NCBI GenBank assembly: GCA_043766985.1
Contig: JAYUHM010000234.1
Span: 2,494-66,493 of the forward strand
DNA length: 64,000 bases
Direction: 5' to 3'
Origin: Polaromonas sp.
Lineage (GTDB): Bacteria > Pseudomonadota > Gammaproteobacteria > Burkholderiales > Burkholderiaceae_C
In this document: one piece after another, positions 9,998-19,478 of the stretch
Numbering within the stretch: the stretch's first letter is position 1
How the letters are laid out: the number at the start of each line of letters is the position of its first letter
Made by a program: the position numbers and the translations under genes
Notes under the pieces: generated by a model
Seen by the model: only the letters and a program-made list of their open reading frames with translations
Database searches by the model: none
What the model was told of the DNA's origin: nothing

Positions 9998-11731
9998 TTA
10001 TTTCGACCAATAAACTCCATCAATGGCAACCTCAGGCAAACCAGACGTCTGCGTGTTTTTGGTGATTGCAAAGCGATCTGCAATGATAAAGCGCGATAGA
10101 ACCAGACGAAGATCAAGCTTTGGGTTAGCCGCTAAAAAGGCTTGTACTGGTATAGAAACCTGGCACCAGCTCGCTGTATTGCAGTACCCGTATTGGCCAT
10201 TTTGAATTTGCAAAAATGCTTCCTGCGCACCGTTTTCGTCAGTATCGGTAGAAAGACCAATTTCCATCTTGCCGGCATAAGTCGTCTTGACGCTGAAATT
10301 GATATTTCCGTTCGCAAAATTCGACAAGTTGGCTGCCGCGCCGCCTGGATTAGACTGAATCAATAAACCCCAACCGTAGCCCTCCGGATTAGGACTGGCG
10401 GCAATACTTCGGATACCGTCGTTAGGTGCGGCAGATGCACTGACCTCAGGGTAGCGTGTACCGCCTCCGAAGGCATCCATGCGCACTGTACCAAACCAAG
10501 TCTCGCGCTTCTCAGATGCGACCAAGGCGGCTTCTGAATACAAGGTGTATTTGTTTTCAGTAATGGCTGCAGGGATTACTGGCGGCGTGTAATACAAGGC
10601 ATCTGTATCAGTGTATGCGCCCGGCTCATACTTCCAGGTTGCGCTGGCTGGATTAAGCGCTTGGATCACATACCGCGCTTCACGATTGACGTTGAACAAA
10701 CCCCATTTATCATCGCTCTTTTTCCAAGGCTCATCAAAGGCCTCGAAGTAGAAAATAGCCTTGGGGCCCGCACCGGTTTTGCCAGCATCGGCCCAAGCAC
10801 GCAGGCGGTCGTAATACATCTTTTGATTGACCGGATGGGCTCGAAACTTTAGGCTGCCCGTGTTGACTGCGTTCCAGCCGGTTTCACCAATTACTACGGG
10901 AAGCGTCGACATATTTTTGCTGTCGAGGTAGCTGCGCACCATAAAATATTCATTTTTAGCTGAAGCGATAGCTGCATCCATCATGGCTGTAGCACGGGAC
11001 GCCGCCGGTACCGCTTTTTGCTTCCAGTCCCAAGTGAGTGGATTGAAAACAGTGTCTAGTTCCGGATAGGTATGCATGGACACAAAATCAATTGCATCGA
11101 GCATATTTCTAGGGGCTTCAGCATAGAAAGCCCAGTTATCATCAGAAGTAACCGGTTGAGCGATCTGCCCTCTAACCTTGGTGAGGTATGCCACCATAGC
11201 GTCGGGCCGAATCGGATTAAACGACCAGTACACTTGGTTTTCATTTCCCACGCTCACGGCAAGCACAATATCGCTGTAAGTTTTGGCCAGCGCCACGCCC
11301 CGTGCAAGTTCCGCTTGGTTGAAGGCTTCGTCGCCATTTTGCATGTACATGCCCAACATGACTTTGATGTTGAGGTTGTTTTGGCGGATTACATTTAGCG
11401 TTTGACCGGCAACTTTGTTTGAGCTGTCGAATATTCGAATCAAGCCAAAGCCAGCTGCTACCAATAGCTCCAAGTCTTGTTTGATGTTGGCTTCAGGTAT
11501 TGCCTCACTCGCAAGGCCGTTTACATCTGTCGCCGTCCTGTAGGGTGAATACGCCACGGCTTTGCGGTTAGTGAATTCTGGACTCAATGCCCGAACCGGA
11601 TCGCGGTTGGAAACAATGGTTCCGCCACCCCCTCCGCCACATGCCATCACGATGCAGGCAAAAAGTGTGACTAGCAAGGCACGCGGTAGATATGTGGGGT
11701 AGCGGGACATGGTAAATCCTGTGGGTTTCAT
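9998..11731 (-). CDS. GH17-like beta-1,3-glucanase/transglycosylase lipoprotein with a C-terminal accessory (probably glycan-binding) domain
   Basis: Lipobox (IVMAC followed by a GGGGGG linker). A (beta/alpha)8-type catalytic region carries VSVGNENQ and VIGETGWN, matching the GH17 Glu motifs, followed by a roughly 200-aa beta-rich C-terminal domain. The start may instead be the ATG at 11710, which has AGGA upstream. Confidence 0.6.
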   Translation of the reverse strand: MKPTGFTMSRYPTYLPRALLVTLFACIVMACGGGGGGTIVSNRDPVRALSPEFTNRKAVAYSPYRTATDVNGLASEAIPEANIKQDLELLVAAGFGLIRIFDSSNKVAGQTLNVIRQNNLNIKVMLGMYMQNGDEAFNQAELARGVALAKTYSDIVLAVSVGNENQVYWSFNPIRPDAMVAYLTKVRGQIAQPVTSDDNWAFYAEAPRNMLDAIDFVSMHTYPELDTVFNPLTWDWKQKAVPAASRATAMMDAAIASAKNEYFMVRSYLDSKNMSTLPVVIGETGWNAVNTGSLKFRAHPVNQKMYYDRLRAWADAGKTGAGPKAIFYFEAFDEPWKKSDDKWGLFNVNREARYVIQALNPASATWKYEPGAYTDTDALYYTPPVIPAAITENKYTLYSEAALVASEKRETWFGTVRMDAFGGGTRYPEVSASAAPNDGIRSIAASPNPEGYGWGLLIQSNPGGAAANLSNFANGNINFSVKTTYAGKMEIGLSTDTDENGAQEAFLQIQNGQYGYCNTASWCQVSIPVQAFLAANPKLDLRLVLSRFIIADRFAITKNTQTSGLPEVAIDGVYWSK

Positions 11732-11756
11732 TTATAAAGTCTTAACTGCAAGGCGC

Positions 11757-13112
11757 TCAGAATACATACACTGCGCCAGCCCCAAACCAGTTTCCTCGGG
11801 TGTTTACGCGCGAGTCAACGTTGGTAAAAGCCGAGTTGCCTGGGATGGACATGGGCGATAGCCCCCGTCGCCCATAGTGAACCATTCCAGCGAGCCCGTA
11901 GACTTGGAATCCACCACCAACATCGTAGTTAAGTCCCAAGGTGTTAACCAGTGCACTGTTGCTTTGCCCGCGCTCGCTCGGGTTACTTGTCGTTGCCTTA
12001 CCGAGGTAGACCACCCCCGTCGATGCTGTCCATTTCCCCGCGCGGTAGCGCGCCCCAAGCATGATGTCGTTGGAGGTTGCAGAGTGCGCAGTATTCGTAT
12101 TCCAGTCAACGTTGAACATGCTATTCCAAAGCTGCTTTGGACCAGTTGCCGTAGTTATTGATCCAATGACAACGGGGTAGGCACCGCTCCAACGGTTACG
12201 ACGCACACCACCCGATACTTCAATTTTGGAGTCGACTTGGTAACGCCCCATGGCCATTGCTATGCTTTGTCCCGACCCTCCAAGCAAGCTGTCGTTTGCG
12301 GGGTCTGGGGTGAGCGAAGAAAAGGGCCCGTGGCCCCAAGCCTGCGGGTTACCATTACGCGCATCCTGGTACATGCCATCGATGACGAGGTCGCCTTTAT
12401 GGTACTGGGCCCAAAGCTCCCAAAACCTAGGTTTATTTCGCTTGAATTCTGTATTGCCTCTGTCGTAGGTCACCTCAAGCACCAAATCACCCTGCGCAAA
12501 ATCAATCACGCGTGAGGTATAGCGCACAGCATTTTTTAGTAAACCGTAACCAGCACCGCTGGAGCCCCAGACATCTGCCACTCCTAGGTTGGTGCCATAA
12601 GGATAGTCAGCTATGCTCCAGGCACGTGTGGTCATGCTGCCGATGGCTAGCCGACCGTAATCCTCGTGACTGAGGGCTATATTTTTATCGTACCAATAAC
12701 CGGGAATATCGACTTTGCCGTCACGCCAACGCTGGCTAACCAGCGCGGACAGTTTGATACCTTTACCTAAATCGTACTTGGCACCAAAGTACGGCTGAAA
12801 TAACGTGACATTAGACCCCTGTGTTTTGTACTCGGCTCCCGGAATTAACGCGTCTGCCCAGTATCGCTGCTTGTCTTCGCCGGCTGACCATTGACAGTCC
12901 GGGCAGTGGTTGGTGCCACTTTGCGCCTCCACTTTGGCAAAACCTGTGAGGCTGAACATGCCGTCGGGCCCGAACTCAAGGGCTTGGCTGGTCGTTGACA
13001 GCACAAACGCGGCAGCAAAAACACTCAATTTGAGCGCACTGCGCCTTGACGCTTTTGTACCCCGAGAAGCACGGCGTTGGATGGACTTGTAAGGTATAGA
13101 TTCGAGGCCCAT
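11757..13112 (-). CDS. Outer-membrane porin, probably oligosaccharide-specific
   Basis: Signal peptide (LKLSVFAAAFVLSTTSQA), beta-strand-rich and aromatic/Gly-rich sequence, and a C-terminal AVYVF typical of OM beta-barrels. It is the first gene of the porin-GH17-GH30 operon. The ATG at 13112 is preferred to the 13307 track start. Confidence 0.7.
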   Translation of the reverse strand: MGLESIPYKSIQRRASRGTKASRRSALKLSVFAAAFVLSTTSQALEFGPDGMFSLTGFAKVEAQSGTNHCPDCQWSAGEDKQRYWADALIPGAEYKTQGSNVTLFQPYFGAKYDLGKGIKLSALVSQRWRDGKVDIPGYWYDKNIALSHEDYGRLAIGSMTTRAWSIADYPYGTNLGVADVWGSSGAGYGLLKNAVRYTSRVIDFAQGDLVLEVTYDRGNTEFKRNKPRFWELWAQYHKGDLVIDGMYQDARNGNPQAWGHGPFSSLTPDPANDSLLGGSGQSIAMAMGRYQVDSKIEVSGGVRRNRWSGAYPVVIGSITTATGPKQLWNSMFNVDWNTNTAHSATSNDIMLGARYRAGKWTASTGVVYLGKATTSNPSERGQSNSALVNTLGLNYDVGGGFQVYGLAGMVHYGRRGLSPMSIPGNSAFTNVDSRVNTRGNWFGAGAVYVF

Positions 13113-13135
13113 AGGGGAATATTTCCAAAGTAATT

Positions 13136-13149
13136 TGAAAGCGCTTTCA
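13136..13149. promoter_or_regulatory. LacI-family operator TGAAAGCGCTTTCA (site 2)
   Basis: Exact copy of the 14-bp palindrome, 24 nt upstream of the porin start codon. Confidence 0.7.
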
Positions 13150-13268
13150 CAATACCGTATTATTGTGTGTTTTGCACTCTCATTTACCCGTGTTTTCCCT
13201 AAGCTGGCACCCTCGGTTTGTATATTTAGCGGGCAAAACCTTCTAGGGGTATGTCTTAGGGTGAAATT

Positions 13269-13282
13269 TGAAAGCGCTTTCA
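13269..13282. promoter_or_regulatory. LacI-family operator TGAAAGCGCTTTCA (site 3)
   Basis: Exact copy abutting a TATAAT hexamer (13284-13289), 44 nt upstream of the GH81 start. Confidence 0.7.
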
Positions 13283-13325
13283 TTATAATTTTTATTACAT
13301 TTTTCAATCACAAAGGATCTCAAAA

Positions 13326-15602
13326 ATGAGAGTACTTCAGGGTTTTGGTATCAGCGTTTTCATGGGACTGTGCTTGATTAGCAGCGCAGGCGCACAGCCG
13401 GTCAAACAAGGTGCGGGCACCTATTTTTTGTCGCCTAAAGGCAGTGACCACACGATGCCGCCAGCGGCTATGCGAACGGAAGCCTTGCAAAGAACGGCAG
13501 CGCAGACCAACCAATGGTACTCGGCGTTGATCTTCAATCCCAAGCCAGAAGTTCTATTTGTACAACCGCTGACGGTCAAAGCAACAACGCTAGGGTTTGA
13601 AATGGCGCTACCCAGCAAAGAGGTCAAGCCCACAGTGCGCCGCGACGTTGAGATTCACTATCCTCATACCGACCCCGTGGTGATCTCTCCGGTAGCCTTT
13701 GAACCAGGACCCGCAAAACTGGCAAAAGCAAGCGATTGGTCGATTGATATTTCCATGGCGCGCGGCGCGGACGATATGCTGGTAACTGTAGCGCACGGCA
13801 GCCCGTATGCTTATGTTCAACTATCGCGTGGTGATGCGCGGGTGCGCTTACCGAGTGTGGCAGAGCGCATCAACACTGCTGCCGATGCCCGCGTGCTTGC
13901 GCTGCGTATTAAGGGAAAAACCTACGCATTTTTTGGACCTGGCGGCGTGATATGGGAGCAAACCTCTCCATCTGAATGGCTGGCCCGCCTACCGGCAGGC
14001 AAAGGCTATCTCTCGGCCGCAGCATTACCTGACGATAAGGCTGACACCTTGGCGCTGTTTCTACGCCACGCTTATGCCTTTATCCAAGATACCCGTGTTG
14101 ACTGGCGCTATGACTCAGCAGCCAGTCAAGTGGAGACCACCTTTAAAGCCAGCGCACGGATTATGGAGGGTACTGACAACGGACCGCTACTTGGCTTGTA
14201 TCCGCATCAATGGTTCAAAAATGCGTCGGTTGACGACAAGCTGGGCCCTGCGTTTGAAACCGTTCGGGGAAAAATTCGTTTACTTGCTGCGACGCAATTC
14301 AAAACAACTGCCAGTTATTCCGGGTTCGTACCCTTTTGGCCAGCGCTAGGCGACTCGCCGCGCAAAGCCGATTTGGCTGACCTGATCAACAATGAAAAGC
14401 GCACAGCCCGCCGCATGATGCTGCAAGAAGGCAAAGGAGCCTATTGGCAAGGGAAAGGTCTTCAGCGAAACCTGAAGCTGATGGATGTGGCAGAACAGCA
14501 AGGCGACATCGAGGGGCGCAACCTACTGCTTGCCATGCTAAAAACGCGCGTAGAGGAATGGTTCTCTGGTGACAGTTCCAAAAACTACTTTCATTACGAC
14601 AAGTCGCTGGGCGCAGTGGCCAGCTACCCTGAAGAGTTCTTCACAGTAGAGCAAATCAACGACCACCACTTCACCTACGGCTACTGGATCAGGGTGGTGG
14701 CAGAAATTGCGTTACGCGACCCCGCATGGGCCGCCAAAGACAAATGGGGTGGTATGGTGGATCTGCTGGTTGCCGACATCGCTACTGCCCAGCGTGGCCG
14801 CGCCGACTTTCCGTTTTTGCGCAACTTTGACCCTTACGAAGGGCACTCATGGGCTTCGGGTGTGGGGCTGGGCGCCACTGGCAATAATCAGGAATCATCC
14901 TCAGAAGCGATCAATGCTTGGGCGGGTCTGATTCTTTGGGGTGAAATCAACGGCAACCGTGAACTGCGCGATTTGGGGGTTTACTTGTTCACATCCGAGG
15001 TAGAGGCTATCAATCATTACTGGTTCGATATCCACGGATTGACCCTTCCACCCGAATACAAAAATGTTGAGGTGAGCCAGCTGTTTGGCGGTGCGTTAGT
15101 ACACAACACATGGTGGACTGACGAGCCACGCCAGATCAAAGGTATCAACCTGCTACCCATTACCAGCGCATCAACTTACCTTGCACGCGACCCCAAATAC
15201 ATCAAGCGCAATCTAGATGCCTTGAAGCCAGAAATGGCCACCTATGCCGCATACGGCAAACGACCAAACTACGGCCCGCCAGCCGATGTCTGGCAAGACA
15301 TTTTCGCCAAGTACATGGGACTTGCAGACCCAGCGCTAGGCTTGTCCCAATGGGATCGCTGGGGCGCTGTTGAGCTGGGGGATACCCGTTCGCACGCGCT
15401 GCACTGGCTGCTCAGCCTGCAAGAAATGGGCACACCAGATCTTGATGTTACCGCCGACACAACGCTCTTCAGTGTGTTTAAGAAGCCAGATGGTCGCAAG
15501 ACGTACTTAGCCTACAACGCGACCAAAGCTTCTATCAACGTGAAGTTCACTGACGGGAAGACTTTGATTGTTGCTCCCGGCACCCTCGCTCGTGCGCAAT
15601 AA
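13326..15602 (+). CDS. GH81 endo-beta-1,3-glucanase (secreted)
   Basis: 758-aa ORF with a signal peptide and the GH81 signature blocks NDHHFTYGYW, FDPYEGHSWASG and NNQESSSEAINAW. Confidence 0.9.
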   Translation: MRVLQGFGISVFMGLCLISSAGAQPVKQGAGTYFLSPKGSDHTMPPAAMRTEALQRTAAQTNQWYSALIFNPKPEVLFVQPLTVKATTLGFEMALPSKEVKPTVRRDVEIHYPHTDPVVISPVAFEPGPAKLAKASDWSIDISMARGADDMLVTVAHGSPYAYVQLSRGDARVRLPSVAERINTAADARVLALRIKGKTYAFFGPGGVIWEQTSPSEWLARLPAGKGYLSAAALPDDKADTLALFLRHAYAFIQDTRVDWRYDSAASQVETTFKASARIMEGTDNGPLLGLYPHQWFKNASVDDKLGPAFETVRGKIRLLAATQFKTTASYSGFVPFWPALGDSPRKADLADLINNEKRTARRMMLQEGKGAYWQGKGLQRNLKLMDVAEQQGDIEGRNLLLAMLKTRVEEWFSGDSSKNYFHYDKSLGAVASYPEEFFTVEQINDHHFTYGYWIRVVAEIALRDPAWAAKDKWGGMVDLLVADIATAQRGRADFPFLRNFDPYEGHSWASGVGLGATGNNQESSSEAINAWAGLILWGEINGNRELRDLGVYLFTSEVEAINHYWFDIHGLTLPPEYKNVEVSQLFGGALVHNTWWTDEPRQIKGINLLPITSASTYLARDPKYIKRNLDALKPEMATYAAYGKRPNYGPPADVWQDIFAKYMGLADPALGLSQWDRWGAVELGDTRSHALHWLLSLQEMGTPDLDVTADTTLFSVFKKPDGRKTYLAYNATKASINVKFTDGKTLIVAPGTLARAQ

Positions 15603-15606
15603 AGCT

Positions 15607-16533
15607 GTGGACCAAGTGAGCTTACTGCCATACCGCTATCGCGACGCTTTGAAAGTGTGCCTTTTCTTATCGTTGAGCGGATGTGGTGGTGGCGGTGTCG
15701 ACGCACCTGCATCCATACCCGCTACCACCACCGCAAACGTCGCGCCTGCTATAGCGACAGTAGTCACACCTTCGTCCATGCCGGTTCAGGCCGCGTGGAA
15801 GCTGGTTTGGGCAGATGAGTTTGACGGCAGTGGCCTGCCAGACACCAGCAAATGGAATTACGACACGTCACGCAATCAACTTGGCTGGTTCAACAACGAA
15901 TTGCAATACTATGCCCGTGATCGCCTAGAAAACGCTCGGGTGGAAGGCGGCAAGCTCATCATTACGGCTCGCAAAGAGAGGCTGACTTCGGCCAGCGACT
16001 ACGGTAACCAAGCCTACACGTCAGCGCGGCTGATTACGCAGGGTAAGGCTGGCTGGATGTATGGTTTTTTTGAGGTGCGCGCCAAGTTGCCCTGCGGCCT
16101 CGGTACTTGGCCTGCCATTTGGATGCTGGGTAGCCAAGGCAAGTGGCCTGATGATGGTGAAATTGACATCATGGAACAAACGGGGCACAACAAGAATGAG
16201 GTCTTGGGTACCATTCATACCCGGGCCTACAATTTTTTCAATGGAACCCTGGGCGGAGGGCAGGGCGCCAAGCTGCCGCTTACGGATGCGTGCACTAGTT
16301 TTCATAATTACCAGCTAACGTGGACCGCTGAGAAAATCGTACTGGGTGTGGATGGCATCAACTATTTTGAGTACGCCAATCCAAAAAATGGAGACTATGG
16401 GCGATGGCCTTTCAGTAATCCGCAATTCCTGATTTTGAATCTTGCGATTGGTGGCGATTTGGGTGGTGCGGTTGCCCCCAATTTTGTGCCCCAACAGATG
16501 GAGGTGGATTACGTGCGGGTGTACCAACCCTAA
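15607..16533 (+). CDS. GH16 beta-glucanase (laminarinase-type) lipoprotein
   Basis: Catalytic motif GEIDIMEQ (ExDxxE), WPAIWMLG, and lipobox LSLSGC followed by a Gly linker. The start is GTG 15607 or 15616; the track start at 15568 overlaps the GH81 gene. Confidence 0.85.
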   Translation: MDQVSLLPYRYRDALKVCLFLSLSGCGGGGVDAPASIPATTTANVAPAIATVVTPSSMPVQAAWKLVWADEFDGSGLPDTSKWNYDTSRNQLGWFNNELQYYARDRLENARVEGGKLIITARKERLTSASDYGNQAYTSARLITQGKAGWMYGFFEVRAKLPCGLGTWPAIWMLGSQGKWPDDGEIDIMEQTGHNKNEVLGTIHTRAYNFFNGTLGGGQGAKLPLTDACTSFHNYQLTWTAEKIVLGVDGINYFEYANPKNGDYGRWPFSNPQFLILNLAIGGDLGGAVAPNFVPQQMEVDYVRVYQP

Positions 16534-16593
16534 GCTTTTCAGCAGGGGGCTTCATTAGCTCTTGACTAGGGGAAACTCCTAATGGTCTGTCCA

Positions 16594-16622
16594 TTGCAAA
16601 GTCTCTGTGCTATCTTTATAAT
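16594..16622 (+). promoter_or_regulatory. Sigma-70-type promoter of the Ig-like lipoprotein gene
   Basis: -35 TTGCAA (16594-16599), 17-nt spacer, -10 TATAAT (16617-16622). The operator begins 3 nt downstream, the same layout as at 2701-2746. Confidence 0.55.
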
Positions 16623-16625
16623 TTG

Positions 16626-16652
16626 TGAAAGCGCTTTCAAAAAGCGCTTTCA
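16626..16652. promoter_or_regulatory. Tandem LacI-family operators (sites 4 and 5)
   Basis: A perfect TGAAAGCGCTTTCA (16626-16639) overlaps by one base with the imperfect copy AAAAAGCGCTTTCA (16639-16652). Confidence 0.65.
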
Positions 16653-16689
16653 CATTGAAAATTCTTAACCCGCCTCTGGAGATACTGCA

Positions 16690-18237
16690 ATGATTCAAGC
16701 TTTCAAATACTTTCAATTGTCCGCGAGTGCCGTAGCCGCATGCTTGGTAGTGAGCGCCTGCGGGGGAGGGGCAGCAGAAGCTCCTCCAACAACTGGTTCC
16801 ACCGGCGGCGCACAAATCATTGCTGACACGACACCGCCGACCGTAACCATCACCGACAACGTCGCAGCGGCTAATGCAACTGGTGCAATTACTTTCACGT
16901 TCACGTTCAGTGAAGACGTAGGCACCAGCTTTACGCTGGCAGATATTGCTGTGACCGGTGGGTCTGCTGGCGCTCTCACCAAAGTCGATGCAAAACAGTA
17001 CACCCTGGTCGTCACCCCTGCGATCAACGCTATTGGATCGACAAGCGTAAGCATTGCCTCCGGCACTTTCAGTGATCTGGCATCCAACTTAAATGCCGCT
17101 GTTACAACAGCCTCGCAAAGCTACAACACCATACCTACTGGCAACACAGGAACATGCACCTCGCCTGCCTGCATAGACTTTACCGGCACGGCTATTACAT
17201 TTGGCCCGTTCGGCAATAACGGCGGAACGGTGGCTTTGGCTGACGATCCAAAAAATGCGGCTAACCGGGTGACCAAATTTGTCAAAACTCCGGCGGATGC
17301 TCCATTTTTCGGAACGACGATCAGCGGTGGGCCAAGCTCGGTCGTGCTCACCGCAGCCAACAAGACAGTGACTATGCGCGTCTTTTCGCCAACCGTCGGT
17401 ACCAACATGCTGGTCAAGTTTGAAGGTGGAACAGGCGCGGGCGTGCCAGCAACAACCGAAAAAGCTGTTCTGACGACCAAAGCCAACGAATGGGAGACTC
17501 TATCCTTTGATATGCCCGACGTAGGCACCTATTCAACGATTGTGGTTTTTCCAAGTTTTAACGACGTCTTGACGGTATCCAAAGATGTCTACATCGACGA
17601 ACTGAAGTTTCCCCCTGTGGGTGCTGTCGTCATTACGCCGACTGCGCTTAAGTGGGCCAGCGCCTACTCTGGTGCGCAGACAGTAGAAGGCGGAGACTTT
17701 GGGCACTTTGTTGACACCGCAGCACCGACTGAATATGTTGATGGCGGCGCGGCAAGCCCTACAAACGCTGCTGATCCAAACTTCTATTTTGGCTACGGAT
17801 TCAACGACTCGACCAAGAAAGCAAACTATCTGGGTGCCTATGTGAAGGCACCGGGGAATGGAAATATCAATCTTGGCGCTTACACGACTCTGAACCTGTT
17901 CTCATGGGGCAACGCCGAGTGGTTAAACCTGTCACCGACCTTTACAGTGATTATGCAGGGAGCGCCTGTTGCTCTTTGCGGTTCTAATTCAGGCGCATCT
18001 GAGGTCAAGATAACGTTTGTAGCAAATAGTGCAGCACCTAAGGCATACGCTTTAACGCTTGCAAATGCGACTGTGAATTTTGCCTGCAAAGGAGAAGCGA
18101 ACGCAGCAGCTATCCTGACCGCAGGCATTTCGCAAATCAACGTGATCGCGGATGGCTCTGCAAATATTAACTATACAACCAAAGCGGGAACTGCCTGGCC
18201 AAGCTTTATGAACGTTGGCAAGATGACGTTCAACTAA
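16690..18237 (+). CDS. Secreted lipoprotein with a bacterial Ig-like domain and a beta-rich C-terminal region, candidate surface glycan-binding protein
   Basis: Lipobox LVVSACGG. An Ig-like segment (TPPTVTITDNVAAANATGAITFTFTFSEDV...YTLVVTP) is followed by Thr/Gly/Asn-rich beta-sandwich-like sequence. No catalytic motif was recognised. Confidence 0.5.
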   Translation: MIQAFKYFQLSASAVAACLVVSACGGGAAEAPPTTGSTGGAQIIADTTPPTVTITDNVAAANATGAITFTFTFSEDVGTSFTLADIAVTGGSAGALTKVDAKQYTLVVTPAINAIGSTSVSIASGTFSDLASNLNAAVTTASQSYNTIPTGNTGTCTSPACIDFTGTAITFGPFGNNGGTVALADDPKNAANRVTKFVKTPADAPFFGTTISGGPSSVVLTAANKTVTMRVFSPTVGTNMLVKFEGGTGAGVPATTEKAVLTTKANEWETLSFDMPDVGTYSTIVVFPSFNDVLTVSKDVYIDELKFPPVGAVVITPTALKWASAYSGAQTVEGGDFGHFVDTAAPTEYVDGGAASPTNAADPNFYFGYGFNDSTKKANYLGAYVKAPGNGNINLGAYTTLNLFSWGNAEWLNLSPTFTVIMQGAPVALCGSNSGASEVKITFVANSAAPKAYALTLANATVNFACKGEANAAAILTAGISQINVIADGSANINYTTKAGTAWPSFMNVGKMTFN

Positions 18238-18259
18238 AGGTTCCTCGGTTTGCAAATTC

Positions 18260-18286
18260 GCAGTGGTGCCAATATTGCACCACTGC
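18260..18286 (+). terminator. Stem-loop downstream of the Ig-like lipoprotein gene
   Basis: Perfect 10-bp stem GCAGTGGTGC/GCACCACTGC with a 7-nt loop. No clear U-tract follows, so it may be a weak terminator or an mRNA-stabilising hairpin. Confidence 0.4.
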
Positions 18287-18353
18287 GGAATGCAGAAACA
18301 CTCTATCAATAGCCGCGCGCCTCATTGGTGCGTGGCTATTTTTACTTAAGCAA

Positions 18354-19379
18354 ATGAAAACAGACGAATTTCCCCGATTACTCGGCGATATCGGAGGCAC
18401 CCATGCCCGTTTTGCTTGGCAAGTGCGGCGTGGCGACCCGCTAACTGCAGCTACTACGTATGCGTGCGCCAATCACGTTTCACTGACAGATGCCATACAG
18501 TATTACCTCGCAGATCATTCCAAATCTGCTCCCAGTTGCGCTGGCATCGGCATAGCAACTCCCATTACTGGCAACCATGTGCAAATGACCAATCACCACT
18601 GGTCTTTTTCGATTACCGGGTTGCAGCAGACGCTCGGTCTAAAGCGTTTGGTGGTTATTAACGACTTCACTGCTTTGGCGCTGGCATTGCCCGCTTTAAA
18701 GTCCAGCGAAATACATCAAATTGGCTCCGGTATTGCGGCGCCCGAAGCTGCCTTGGCCGTGATAGGTCCGGGTACCGGGCTTGGTGTTGCAGGCCTGATG
18801 CCAACGGATGCTGGAAATTTAGTTCCAATTACCGGTGAAGGTGGGCATGTTAGCTTGGCGGCCAGTGATGCATTGGAGGCTAAGGTGGTAGACCGATTGA
18901 AACAGCGGTTTGGTCATGCCTCAGCTGAACGGGCGTTGTCAGGCCCTGGCCTGGTCAACCTCTACGAAGCAGCGTGCTCGCTGTCCGGGCAGGTGGTGCA
19001 GGCGCTTGGCCCTGCAGATGTGATTGCGCTTGGGCGCAGCGCGCAGGATTCTAGCTGTGTGATGGCCTTGGATCTCTTTTTCAAATTTCTTGGGGGCGTG
19101 GCGGGTGATCTGGCACTGACGTTTGGTGCGCGTGGCGGCGTCTACGTAGGTGGCGGTATTGCGCCACGCCTGCTGCCTGAGCTGCAGTGTTCCGCTTTTC
19201 GAGAGCGCTTTGAATCCAAAGGCCGCTTTCAAGGCTACTTGAGTAAAATTCCAACTTTCGTCATCGATACTGAGGTTTCTCCCGCCTTTATCGGTGTGAA
19301 CTGTGCGCTCGATTTGAACCAGAACAGCTTTGTTCACAGCCGGGATAGAGCTGGCCCACCAGGGGTCGGCAGTGCCTAA
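18354..19379 (+). CDS. glk: Glucokinase
   Basis: N-terminal ATP-binding motif LLGDIGGTHARFA and ROK-less Glk-family length and collinearity. Confidence 0.85.
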   Translation: MKTDEFPRLLGDIGGTHARFAWQVRRGDPLTAATTYACANHVSLTDAIQYYLADHSKSAPSCAGIGIATPITGNHVQMTNHHWSFSITGLQQTLGLKRLVVINDFTALALALPALKSSEIHQIGSGIAAPEAALAVIGPGTGLGVAGLMPTDAGNLVPITGEGGHVSLAASDALEAKVVDRLKQRFGHASAERALSGPGLVNLYEAACSLSGQVVQALGPADVIALGRSAQDSSCVMALDLFFKFLGGVAGDLALTFGARGGVYVGGGIAPRLLPELQCSAFRERFESKGRFQGYLSKIPTFVIDTEVSPAFIGVNCALDLNQNSFVHSRDRAGPPGVGSA

Positions 19380-19478
19380 CGTGTGTCCAGGCGCCAGGCA
19401 CGTCTCTTTTGGCCTAGCTCAGCGCTTACGCCGACCATATTTACGCGTACACTTATTAAATAATCCGTCTATCTGCGT

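Noticed and set aside
13113-13307. N-terminal extension of the porin ORF (track start 13307)
   Set aside because: The extension crosses two operator palindromes. A normal signal peptide follows the internal ATG at 13112.
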